DNA from: an uncultured delta proteobacterium | GTDB lineage: Bacteria > Myxococcota_A > Polyangia > Polyangiales > Polyangiaceae | NCBI GenBank assembly: GCA_963696385.1 | Contig: CAVOKF010000004.1 | Location: 832,001-896,000 of the forward strand | Direction of reading: 5' to 3' | DNA: 64,000 nt | Shown: in pieces, positions 44,118 to 52,131 of the stretch | How positions within the stretch are numbered: the stretch's first letter is position 1 | How the letters are laid out: each line of letters opens with the position of its first letter | Notes under the pieces: model-generated | What the model saw: the letters and a program-made list of their open reading frames with translations, nothing else | What the model was told of the DNA's origin: nothing | Database searches by the model: none | Translations under genes and position numbers: made by a program

Positions 44118-44966
44118 CTAAGGTGGCGTGGCGGCAAGCTCGCGGAGCGCCTGACGGACGAGCGCCTGAACGTCGCCCGGCACGGCACCGTCGTGACTCT
44201 TCGCTCGGCAAAGCAGCAGCGTCCGCTTGAGCGAATCGCATGCGGTGCGGCACCGAGAGCACGAGTCCACGTGCTCCTGCATGCGCGCGCACTCGTCGGG
44301 GCCGATCTCATCCTCTACGTAGCGCGAAAAAATGGGGACGATGTCTGGGCACCCTGGCGCGGCGGCCGCATCCGCGTCATCCAGAATTGCAGCAAGTCGC
44401 GAGCGGACGATGATCCGCGCCCGGTGCAGCCTGCTCTTCACGGCATCCACGCCGACCCCTAGAACCTGGGCAACCTCGGGCGCAGTCAGCCCCTCGACGT
44501 CTCGCAGGACGAGCACTTCGCGATACAGCGGCTCCAGATCGGTGATCGCCCTGTCGAGAGCCTTCGCTATCCGGTGATTTTCCGCAATCTCGTCCGGAGC
44601 GCTCCCCTCTGCTGCGAGTGCTCTCGTGTCATCGGAGTCGAGCGACACGAACTCCCGTGGAGCCGCGACGCGGGTCCGACGCTTCTTGATGCAAAAGCTG
44701 CGGGCGATCGCGAAGAGCCATGTCGAAAGCGACGATGCGCCGCGGAAGTCGCGCAGGCCGCGAGCTGCGGCGAGGAGTGTATCCTGCGCGATGTCTTTCG
44801 CGTCTTCCGGGTCGCTGCACATCTTGACGCCAAATCGATAGACCGCCGGAAGATACCGCTCCAGCAACACGGCAAGCGCGCGCTCGTCGCCCGCTTGAAA
44901 CGCGGCAAGCAATTTCTCATCCGAAGGGTCCAAGGCGAAACGTCTTTTAGCTCGCCCATGCCGCAT
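44118..44966 (-). CDS. ECF sigma factor fused to a C-terminal zinc-finger (zf-HC2/ZAS) domain
   Basis: Region 2 (DA.D..QD...F.G.S...TWL..IAR), region 4 (REVLVLRDVEGL...VKSRLHRAR), then C...HVDSCSRC (HxxxCxxC). Start uncertain. Confidence 0.88.
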   Translation of the reverse strand: MRHGRAKRRFALDPSDEKLLAAFQAGDERALAVLLERYLPAVYRFGVKMCSDPEDAKDIAQDTLLAAARGLRDFRGASSLSTWLFAIARSFCIKKRRTRVAAPREFVSLDSDDTRALAAEGSAPDEIAENHRIAKALDRAITDLEPLYREVLVLRDVEGLTAPEVAQVLGVGVDAVKSRLHRARIIVRSRLAAILDDADAAAAPGCPDIVPIFSRYVEDEIGPDECARMQEHVDSCSRCRTACDSLKRTLLLCRAKSHDGAVPGDVQALVRQALRELAATPP

Positions 44967-45129
44967 CGCCCATCGACCCGGGCCGTTCTACGAGGGCGTC
45001 GCCTGCACTACAGAACCAAGCATCGACGCTTTCTGCTGCGAGCCTCGGCATTGTCGTGCCCACCGAGGGTCGGACCAGGCTTCTTGGGTGAGACAAGGGG
45101 TGCGACTGCCCATCCAGGGCGAGTGCACG

Positions 45130-45500
45130 AGTGAAGCGCCGCCCGCGCCGACAGCTTCGCAACACCGAACCGATGACCGACGAAGAGCGCGCGCGCCGTC
45201 GCGAAGAGAGCGCACGCAAGTGACGCGAACGCGCACTCGCGAAGAACGCCGCGATGGCCGTCGAGCAGGTCGAGTCCCCGGTACCCGAATCGATGAAGCC
45301 GTGCGCTCATTGTGGCGGCGTGCATGCACGAGCTCTCGAGCCCGAGCAGAGCACGACCTACGAGTACGAGCCCGGTCACTTCATCCGTCGTGTGCACAAG
45401 CGGCAGAAGCTCGCATGCAGCTGCGGCCAGTCCATCGTGACGGCGCCGCCGCCTCCGAAGCTCGTCGTCGGTGGACAGTACGGCTTCGGGTTCGCCGCAT
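45130..45500 (+). mobile_element. IS66-family transposase (TnpC) remnant
   Basis: CAHCGG...E.S..YEY.PG.F.R....R.K.AC.CG..I.TAP.P....GG.Y...FAA is the IS66 zinc-finger region. The DDE core is missing. Confidence 0.75.
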
Positions 45501-45679
45501 CTTCGGCAAACAGAAGCAGACCGCGAAAATTGCCGCTGGTGCCGAAGTCGTTGAAGTGACCTTGGATGCGCGTTGGCTCCCTGGTAGAAATACGCGTATC
45601 CCGCTCCGCTGATGACGAGCTGGCCGTTCGACGGCGCCACGGGCAAGCTCCATGAGCTGCGACCGGCCGCCACGGATTG

Positions 45680-45973
45680 TTAGACGGCCCTCTTGGCTTC
45701 GACTTCGGCATCCCAATTCGGCCAAAGCAGCACCGCGGGGTGAACCTTGAGAGCGCGCGCCAACTTCTCGGCGCGCTCGGCTCCGAGCGTCGATCGCCCG
45801 CTTTCGATGCTCGAAAGGGTGGGCTGCGCGATGCCCGTCCGGTGCGCGAGCTCGGCTTGCGTCATCCCCTGCATCTCACGCGCGACGCGCACCGCGGCTC
45901 CGGGCGTCAGTCGGACGCGCACGCGCGACGGGACGTACTCGGTCGGCTTCGTCTTCTTGATCTTGGATGCCAT
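45680..45973 (-). CDS. XRE-family HTH antitoxin (HigA-like)
   Basis: RE.QGMTQAELA..TGI.Q..LS.IE.GR; AAGGAG Shine-Dalgarno; lies downstream of the toxin. Confidence 0.82.
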   Translation of the reverse strand: MASKIKKTKPTEYVPSRVRVRLTPGAAVRVAREMQGMTQAELAHRTGIAQPTLSSIESGRSTLGAERAEKLARALKVHPAVLLWPNWDAEVEAKRAV

Positions 45974-45993
45974 CGCGATCGTTCTCCTTTGCG

Positions 45994-46268
45994 TCAGGGT
46001 CGGTAGTCGTGCGGCGTGACACGTTCGTTACCGTCGTCGTATCCGCGTTCACCCGGTAGAGCACGCGCCACTGGTCGCTTAGACGCGACGATCGGAGGTG
46101 CGCGAGCTCGCCCGTGAGCTTCTCATCGTGCAAGCTCTTGAGCGCCCGAAGTCCGTGCGGGCCGGACTGACGGACGATCGCGCACCAAAACGCAAACTTC
46201 TCCGCAACGTGGTGGGGCAGCTTGTCGATCGCCTTGGCGGCTTGGCGCGCCTCGACGATCGTCCACAT
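45994..46268 (-). CDS. RelE/HigB-like toxin, frameshifted near 46027
   Basis: HDEKL.G....RSSRLS.QWRV.Y; the expected terminus ERVTPHDYRP-stop lies in another frame. Confidence 0.78.
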
Positions 46269-46438
46269 GCTCTAGGAAGTATATCAGCTATAGGCCATGT
46301 CAAGCACGCCCGTGGCCGCCACACGCGGTCCCTAGCCCCCCCGCGTCAGTGGTCCGCCGGTGCGTGTCGGTGGACCGAGCGGCCGCGCTCGCGAGCTACG
46401 CGCGGCAAACACGCGGCAAGGCGAGCCTACGACGACGA

Positions 46439-46978
46439 TCAAATAGGCTGCACCCTGTCGTCGCGCTCGATCTGCGCACGGGCCCAGGCTGGTCGTCGGT
46501 CAAACGCTGGCGCGGTCGTTGTCGTGATACCCCGCGTGCGCACGAGCGCGACGGCGAACCCACCGAGGGCGACGACCAGAAACGGCAGCGGGGCGAGCGC
46601 GAAGAACCGCAGCGCGACCCCGATGTTCACAAGCACGACCACGATGTTCGCCGCGAGGACCGACACGGGCACGACTTCCCCGCGACGGCGGAGGGCGTGC
46701 TCGACGAGCAAGTTGACGAGCCCGAGGCCGAGCGTCGTGAGTCCCACGCAGAAGCTGTCCCCGGTGAACGAGTCCAAAACCGAACGATGCTGGCCTCCGG
46801 AGACCGGATCGATGACCGTCGCCATTGAAGTCACGAGCTGCGCCTTCTCGGGCGTCATGGCCGGCGGGGCGATATGGTTGCCCACGGTATGGCCGAAGGC
46901 GATCATCACGAGCATCCAGCTCGCCACGCGGAACCACCGCGACCCAGGGACGCTCGGCATCTTCGGTTGCTTACTCAT
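46439..46978 (-). CDS. Hypothetical multi-pass membrane protein
   Basis: About four hydrophobic segments; divergent from the ECF-PheRS-like gene. Confidence 0.65.
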   Translation of the reverse strand: MSKQPKMPSVPGSRWFRVASWMLVMIAFGHTVGNHIAPPAMTPEKAQLVTSMATVIDPVSGGQHRSVLDSFTGDSFCVGLTTLGLGLVNLLVEHALRRRGEVVPVSVLAANIVVVLVNIGVALRFFALAPLPFLVVALGGFAVALVRTRGITTTTAPAFDRRPAWARAQIERDDRVQPI

Positions 46979-47250
46979 GTTCTCACCCGGTGACGGTCGT
47001 TGCGATACCGCGCCGGGGGAGGCAAGGAAGAAGGGAGCGAAGGGGCGGCGCGGTGGAACGAAGCGTTCGCGGGTCGCGCCAGCGGCGCACCCATCGAGCT
47101 GCGCCTATTCGGCTGCTCTGGGACGACGCGCCGCCGGCTGCCGTGCGGTGATGCCGATCAGGTTTGGCGAAGGATCTTGCTCGGCCCTATCGGTCGAAAA
47201 TAGGTCACATAAAGACCCGAGGGGTGTCGTTTCATCGGAGCTTGTCAGCC

Positions 47251-48534
47251 GTGATCACGATCGAAGCCACCAACGCCGAGCCCATCATGGCGCTCGTTCT
47301 GGGCGCGCGCGCGGGCGATCCGGCGGCCCTAGGCCGGCTGGTCGAGCTCACGCAGCAGATGGCGTACGGCGTTGCCTGGCAGGTTCTGCGCCGCGAGCCC
47401 GACGCGCGAGATGCAGTGCAGGACGCCTATCTGCGCGCGTTCCGGCGCCTGGGCGAGCTCGATCGGCCCGAGGCGTTCGCCGGTTGGTTGCGGCGCATCG
47501 TCGTCACAGTGGCGCTCAACCGGCGCCGGTGCAGCCGCGCCCAGTGGGTTTCGCTCGACGGCGTGACGGCGCCGCCCGTGCTCGATGCCCACGAGCAGAG
47601 CTGGACGGACGAACAGCAGCGCCTGCTGAGCCGGGCCGTCTTGCGCCTATCGCGGGAGGAGCGGCGTCTGTGCGAGCTGCACTACCACGGCGGCTGGAGC
47701 GCCGATCGGCTCGCGCAGAGCGCGGGCCTGCCGGCGGCGGCGATGCGGAAGCGCCTGCAGCGCCTGCGCGACAAGTTGAGAAGGGAGATCGAGATGGACG
47801 AGCAACGCAATCTGGGAAGTCATTCGGTTCCGGGAGATCTGCCGGCGAGCATCCTCGAGCTCTTGGCGCGGCCGCGTCTGGTCGACCTGCCGGAAAACCC
47901 TGTGGGAGCGACGCTCGCGACTCTGCTGGGCGCGTTCTCGGACTTCGCGCCCATCGAGCTCCCCGAGGAGGTCGATCTCGCGGCGGCGCTCGGGCGGCTG
48001 GGGGGCGACGCCGTGTACATCGATCGCTCCCAGCTGCAGCGCATCGAAGGTGAACGCGTGCTCCGCTACGACCTGACGTTGCCGCTCCTGCTGACTGTGC
48101 GTTGGGACGGTGCGCCGCAGAGGCTCACGGCCGCCGGGAAGGTCTACCGGCGCGAAATCGAGAGCGCGACGCGCCTCGAGGCTTTCCATCAGCTCGAGCT
48201 GTTCGTCATCGACGAGCGCCCAAAGGTCGATTCGTTCTGGCTCGCGGGCCGCATCCTCAGCGCCGTCGACCGCGCGCTGCGCCGTTCCGAGGTGCGGATG
48301 ACGCCGACCGACTATCCGATGTGCGCGCGCGCCTGGAGCCTCGACGTGCGCCGCGACGACGATTGGATCGAGCTCATGGCCTGGGGCGAGTACGCCGACT
48401 GGGTCGTGCGTGCCCTGGGCGCGGACCCGCGCCGGCACATCGCGCTCGGCGCGGGCTTCGGCCTCGAGCGCCTGGCCCTCCTGCGCCACGGCATCGACGA
48501 CATCCGCAAGGTGGCGACGGCCCGCGTGGCATGA
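47251..48534 (+). CDS. ECF sigma factor fused to a PheRS-alpha-like class II aaRS catalytic domain
   Basis: Region 2 DA.DAVQDAYL.AF..L..L..P.AF.GWL.RI and region 4 LS.EER....L.Y..G.S...LA, followed by GKVYRRE...FHQLE (motif 2), WIEL..WG and GFGLERLALLRHGIDDIR (motif 3). Confidence 0.88.
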   Translation: MITIEATNAEPIMALVLGARAGDPAALGRLVELTQQMAYGVAWQVLRREPDARDAVQDAYLRAFRRLGELDRPEAFAGWLRRIVVTVALNRRRCSRAQWVSLDGVTAPPVLDAHEQSWTDEQQRLLSRAVLRLSREERRLCELHYHGGWSADRLAQSAGLPAAAMRKRLQRLRDKLRREIEMDEQRNLGSHSVPGDLPASILELLARPRLVDLPENPVGATLATLLGAFSDFAPIELPEEVDLAAALGRLGGDAVYIDRSQLQRIEGERVLRYDLTLPLLLTVRWDGAPQRLTAAGKVYRREIESATRLEAFHQLELFVIDERPKVDSFWLAGRILSAVDRALRRSEVRMTPTDYPMCARAWSLDVRRDDDWIELMAWGEYADWVVRALGADPRRHIALGAGFGLERLALLRHGIDDIRKVATARVA

Positions 48535-48686
48535 GGGCGAAAGGCGGGGCAAGCCGGACACCTCGTGTTCTTGAGGGGGCAGAGGTGCGACGCGCCCGCC
48601 CCCGAATGCGCGATCGGCCTGGACCGGGATAGCCTGGCCCGGCGGGGATGAAGTAGTGTGGTGACTGGTATTTGGGGGAGGACTCG

Positions 48687-50150
48687 ATGGGAAGCGCGAT
48701 GGCAACGTCCAACTGGATACGGTGCCCCCAGTGCGACGGAGACGTTCTCGTCGCTGCGGAGTACGTCACGAAGTCGACGGTTCGAGCCCCCGCGTTGAAG
48801 TGCGCTCGATGCAAGACGCTTCATTTGGACGAGGCGGTTGCGCGTTCCCCCGCCGAGCGGGAGTCGGTGCGGATGGCCAAAGCGGAGCGGGCGGCCTTGT
48901 CCCCTTCGGACTCCGACCTCCCCGCCGAACCGCAAACCTTCGACGGTCCGGACCTCTATTCCCATACCTTCGAGGCGGTAGCCGACCGTGTGGGCCAGCC
49001 CGGCGGTAGGGTTTTGCTCGTGGACGACGAAGACATCGTGCGTACGGGCCATGGGCAGGTTCTCACCCGCGCGGGCTGGACGGTCGTCGCCGAAGGCAAT
49101 GCCGGGCATGCGGTGAGGCGCTTGGCGGTCGAGCGATTCGACGTGATCGTGACCGATCTGGTGATGCCCGCAATGAGCGGTCTCGACCTTCTTCGCACGG
49201 CGCGCGAGTACGATCTCGACGTCCCCGTCGTGATTCTCACCGGGCGTCCCGACGTGCAGTCCGCCATGGAGGCCATGCAATACGGCGCGTTTCGGTACAT
49301 CGACAAGCCCGTCCTGCCCGCAACGCTCGTCGACGTCGTCGGACGAGCCCGCGATTTGCACATGATGGCGCGGTTCAAGCGCGAGGCGCTGTCGGTCCTC
49401 GATCTGCCGAATCGCTCTCTGGGCGACCGTGCGGGCCTCGAGGTGCGTCTGTCGAGCGCGCTCGACTCGCTGTGGGTCGCCTATCAACCGATCGTCGCGA
49501 TCGGGCGCCGACAGGTCCTCGCGTACGAAGCACTCGTCCGCAACGAAGAGCCGACACTCCGGAGCCCCCTGGATCTTTTCGACGCAGCCGAGCGCTTGGG
49601 ACGCCTGCACGAAGTGGCTCGAAGGATACGCTCGCGCGTGGCCGCGGACGCCAGTGGACTTCCGGAGTCCGTGCTGCTCTTCGTCAATGTGCACCCGGAA
49701 GACCTCAATGACTTCGATCTCTTTTCCCCTTCGTCGGCCCTCAGCGAGATCGCGAACCGAGTGGTCCTCGAGCTCACCGAACGGGCCTCGCTGGATCGGG
49801 TGGCGGGACTGCAGACCCGCATCGGCAAGCTTCGCGAGCTCGGCTTTCGCATCGCGCTCGACGATCTCGGCGCAGGCTACGCCGGGCTTTCGAGTTTCAC
49901 TCTCTTGCAGCCGGATTACGTGAAGCTCGACGCCTCCTTGATCCGCTCGGTCGATGCGTCACCGCAAAAGCGCAGCATCGTCCGAGCCATGTTGCAGCTC
50001 GCAGCCGGCGATTTGAATTTGAAGACCATCTGCGAAGGGGTCGAGACGACCGCGGAGCGCGACACCCTCGTGGCGCTCGGCGGCGATTTGCTGCAGGGCT
50101 ACCTGTTCGCCCGTCCAAGCCGCGGATTCGTCGACCCGAAGTGGGATTAG
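48687..50150 (+). CDS. REC-EAL c-di-GMP phosphodiesterase with N-terminal CxxC...CxxC zinc-ribbon-like segment
   Basis: CPQC...CARC; receiver LLVDD/TDLVMP/KP; EAL motifs YEALVR, FVN, LELTE, DDLGAGY, VKLD, EGVE and QGY. Confidence 0.9.
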   Translation: MGSAMATSNWIRCPQCDGDVLVAAEYVTKSTVRAPALKCARCKTLHLDEAVARSPAERESVRMAKAERAALSPSDSDLPAEPQTFDGPDLYSHTFEAVADRVGQPGGRVLLVDDEDIVRTGHGQVLTRAGWTVVAEGNAGHAVRRLAVERFDVIVTDLVMPAMSGLDLLRTAREYDLDVPVVILTGRPDVQSAMEAMQYGAFRYIDKPVLPATLVDVVGRARDLHMMARFKREALSVLDLPNRSLGDRAGLEVRLSSALDSLWVAYQPIVAIGRRQVLAYEALVRNEEPTLRSPLDLFDAAERLGRLHEVARRIRSRVAADASGLPESVLLFVNVHPEDLNDFDLFSPSSALSEIANRVVLELTERASLDRVAGLQTRIGKLRELGFRIALDDLGAGYAGLSSFTLLQPDYVKLDASLIRSVDASPQKRSIVRAMLQLAAGDLNLKTICEGVETTAERDTLVALGGDLLQGYLFARPSRGFVDPKWD

Positions 50151-50155
50151 GACGT

Positions 50156-50272
50156 GTTCACGGGGGCAGCGGGCGACTGGGGGTCTTGGGTGGTCCATCG
50201 AGCACGTTACGTACCTTGCGGAGAAGCGTGTTGGGCGTAATCGGCTTTTGCAGGAATTCGATGCCGGAGTCG
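50156..50272. repeat. 117-bp direct repeat of 52130-52246 (orphan copy of the hybrid kinase 3' end)
   Basis: Ungapped alignment by eye, 8 mismatches; the minus strand encodes [26 protein letters not shown]...stop. Confidence 0.92.
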
Positions 50273-50318
50273 CGAATTCCCTGTCGGGGTCGGGGTCGGC
50301 ATTTCCGGGTGCCCCTTC

Positions 50319-51194
50319 TCAGAGGTGGTCCGCGACGAAGCGCTGCGCCCCCATCGGCGGCCTGACGTAACTGTCATCGCGTTGGCGCGCGGGCAGTTCG
50401 ACCGGCTGCGGAGTCAGATCCTCGTAAGGAACGCAGCTCAGAAAGTGCTTGACGCAATTGAGCCGCGCGCGGCGCTTGTCGTCCGCATGGACGACCCACC
50501 ACGGCGTGTCTTGCAGATCGGTGAATTTGAACATCTCGTCCTTGGCCTTCGAGTATTCGACCCAACGCTTGCGCGACTCGAGATCCATGGGACTGAGCTT
50601 CCAACGCTTGATGGGACTATGGTTGCGCGCTTGAAACCGGCTCTCCTGCGCTTCGTCGCTCACCGAAAACCAGTATTTGACCAGGATGATGCCGGAGCGG
50701 ATCAGCATGCGCTCGAACTCTGGCACCGAGCGCATGAACTCGCGGTACTCCTCTTCGGAGCAAAAGCCCATCACGCGCTCCACCCCGGCCCGGTTGTACC
50801 AGCTTCGGTCGAAAAGAACGATCTCGCCCGCAGACGGCAAATGAGCCACGTAGCGTTGGAAGTACCATTGGCCGCGCTCCCGCTCCGTGGGGGCGGTGAG
50901 CGCCGCCACTCGGCAAAGGCGTGGACTCACCGCCTCGGTGATGCGTTTGATCGCGCCGCCTTTGCCGGCCGCGTCGCGCCCCTCGAAGAGGGCGACCACC
51001 CGAAGGCCCTTGTGCTTGACCCAGGCGGCCAGCTTGACGAGCTCATGCTGAAGCTTCAAAATTTCTTCGTCGTATTTGGCCCTCTTCAGTTTCTTTTTCT
51101 TCTTCTGCACGAACTCGACGGTTGACGGATTCGCCATCGCTTTGCCGTTGCTCGCGCTCACGACTGTTGTTTCGCCATTGCTTTTGTTCGCCAT
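50319..51194 (-). CDS. ppk2: Polyphosphate kinase 2 (class I-like)
   Basis: FEGRDAAGKGG, WYFQRY, FDRSWYNRAGVE and WKLSPMD; GGAGGAG Shine-Dalgarno. Confidence 0.95.
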   Translation of the reverse strand: MANKSNGETTVVSASNGKAMANPSTVEFVQKKKKKLKRAKYDEEILKLQHELVKLAAWVKHKGLRVVALFEGRDAAGKGGAIKRITEAVSPRLCRVAALTAPTERERGQWYFQRYVAHLPSAGEIVLFDRSWYNRAGVERVMGFCSEEEYREFMRSVPEFERMLIRSGIILVKYWFSVSDEAQESRFQARNHSPIKRWKLSPMDLESRKRWVEYSKAKDEMFKFTDLQDTPWWVVHADDKRRARLNCVKHFLSCVPYEDLTPQPVELPARQRDDSYVRPPMGAQRFVADHL

Positions 51195-51463
51195 GACTCC
51201 TCCGTGCGATCGCTGACGACGGGCGCACCGAGGCCGCCGGCAGCGGTCCCGGAACGTTCGGTCGGAGCCACCTTGGGACGGGCCCCGTTTCCGTTCGTAC
51301 GTTTGGAGTGTTTCGATACCGGCACGTTCTGTTTTCCACGGGTCGCACGCGTGGCGCACCGATGACCCATGCCACCCCGGCCCCGACCTTGGAGAAAAGC
51401 TCACGATCACTCGAAGCCATAGGCTCGTTCGAAGCGACCTCGACCTCTTCAAGCCTTCGGGCT

Positions 51464-52033
51464 CTACTCGGCCCAGAGCGCTGCCAGTTCGAACTCGAAC
51501 GCCTCGAACGGCTCGGCCCGCACACGTGCGTTGCCCGGCCATGAGCCCAAGCGGAGCCATTTCTCGCGTTCCAGCCGCCAGACCTCGAGGAGCTTCGCGA
51601 GCGGGTCGACGAGCCAAGCGTGCCGCACCCCTTCGCGGGCGTACAAGTCCATCTTCTCGCCCCGGTCGAACGCTTGCGTCGAAGGCGACACCACCTCGCA
51701 AATCCAGTCGGGTGCCAGAGAAATGAACGCGCTCTCCATCGGCACCCGTGGCATGCGCTCGCGCCGCCACCCGGCCAAATCGGGCACCACGATATCCGGC
51801 TCTCCTCCGAGGTGAAGCTCAGGCTCATCGAGGAGAACCCAACCGCCCGGACCTCCGTGGCCCTTGCCGAAAGGTCCGCCCAGCTCGGCGCCGAGCTGCG
51901 ACGCCGCACGCGCATGCGGCACGGCCGGACGGGGCTGCGTGTGCAAGACGCCACCGACAACTTCGGCCACCAGGTGCCTCGGCGTCGCGAGCACGTCCGC
52001 ATACGTCGCGCGGCTTTTCGCCGGGTCGCCCAT
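51464..52033 (-). CDS. Uma2/DUF820 restriction-endonuclease-like protein
   Basis: VPDLAGWR, APDWICEV.SPST...DR..K...YA..GV...WLVDP. Confidence 0.9.
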   Translation of the reverse strand: MGDPAKSRATYADVLATPRHLVAEVVGGVLHTQPRPAVPHARAASQLGAELGGPFGKGHGGPGGWVLLDEPELHLGGEPDIVVPDLAGWRRERMPRVPMESAFISLAPDWICEVVSPSTQAFDRGEKMDLYAREGVRHAWLVDPLAKLLEVWRLEREKWLRLGSWPGNARVRAEPFEAFEFELAALWAE

Positions 52034-52056
52034 GGTCCAACGTTACCACGCGATCT

Positions 52057-52128
52057 TCCCGACCCCGACCTCGAAACCTCGACCCCGACTACCCCGATTA
52101 CCCCGACCGCGACCCAAACCTCGACCCA
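52057..52128. repeat. Degenerate CCCGAC-type short-unit array, with an inverted counterpart GTCGGGGTCGGGGTCGG at about 50284-50300
   Basis: cccgaccccgacctcgaaacctcgaccccgactaccccgattaccccgaccgcgacccaaacctcgaccc. Confidence 0.7.
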
Positions 52129-52131
52129 GGT

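Noticed and set aside
46278..46303. TTGACA and TATACT boxes upstream of the toxin gene
   Set aside because: The spacer is only 14 bp, too short for a sigma70 promoter as written.
46979..47105. Phe-codon cluster (FVPPRRPFAPFF) upstream of the membrane gene, tempting as a Phe attenuator beside the PheRS-like gene
   Set aside because: That frame has no start codon after the upstream stop, no terminator is evident, and pyrimidine-rich sequence explains it.
46098..48053. Long alternative-frame and antisense ORFs (e.g. 46098-48053, 37770-39554, 51748-53583, 56866-58647)
   Set aside because: They are Arg/Ala/Pro-rich shadows overlapping well-supported genes, as expected in GC-rich DNA, and carry no family motifs.
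52057..52128. Short-unit repeats (also 6161-6200) as a CRISPR array
   Set aside because: Units are 6-10 bp with no unique spacers and no cas genes.
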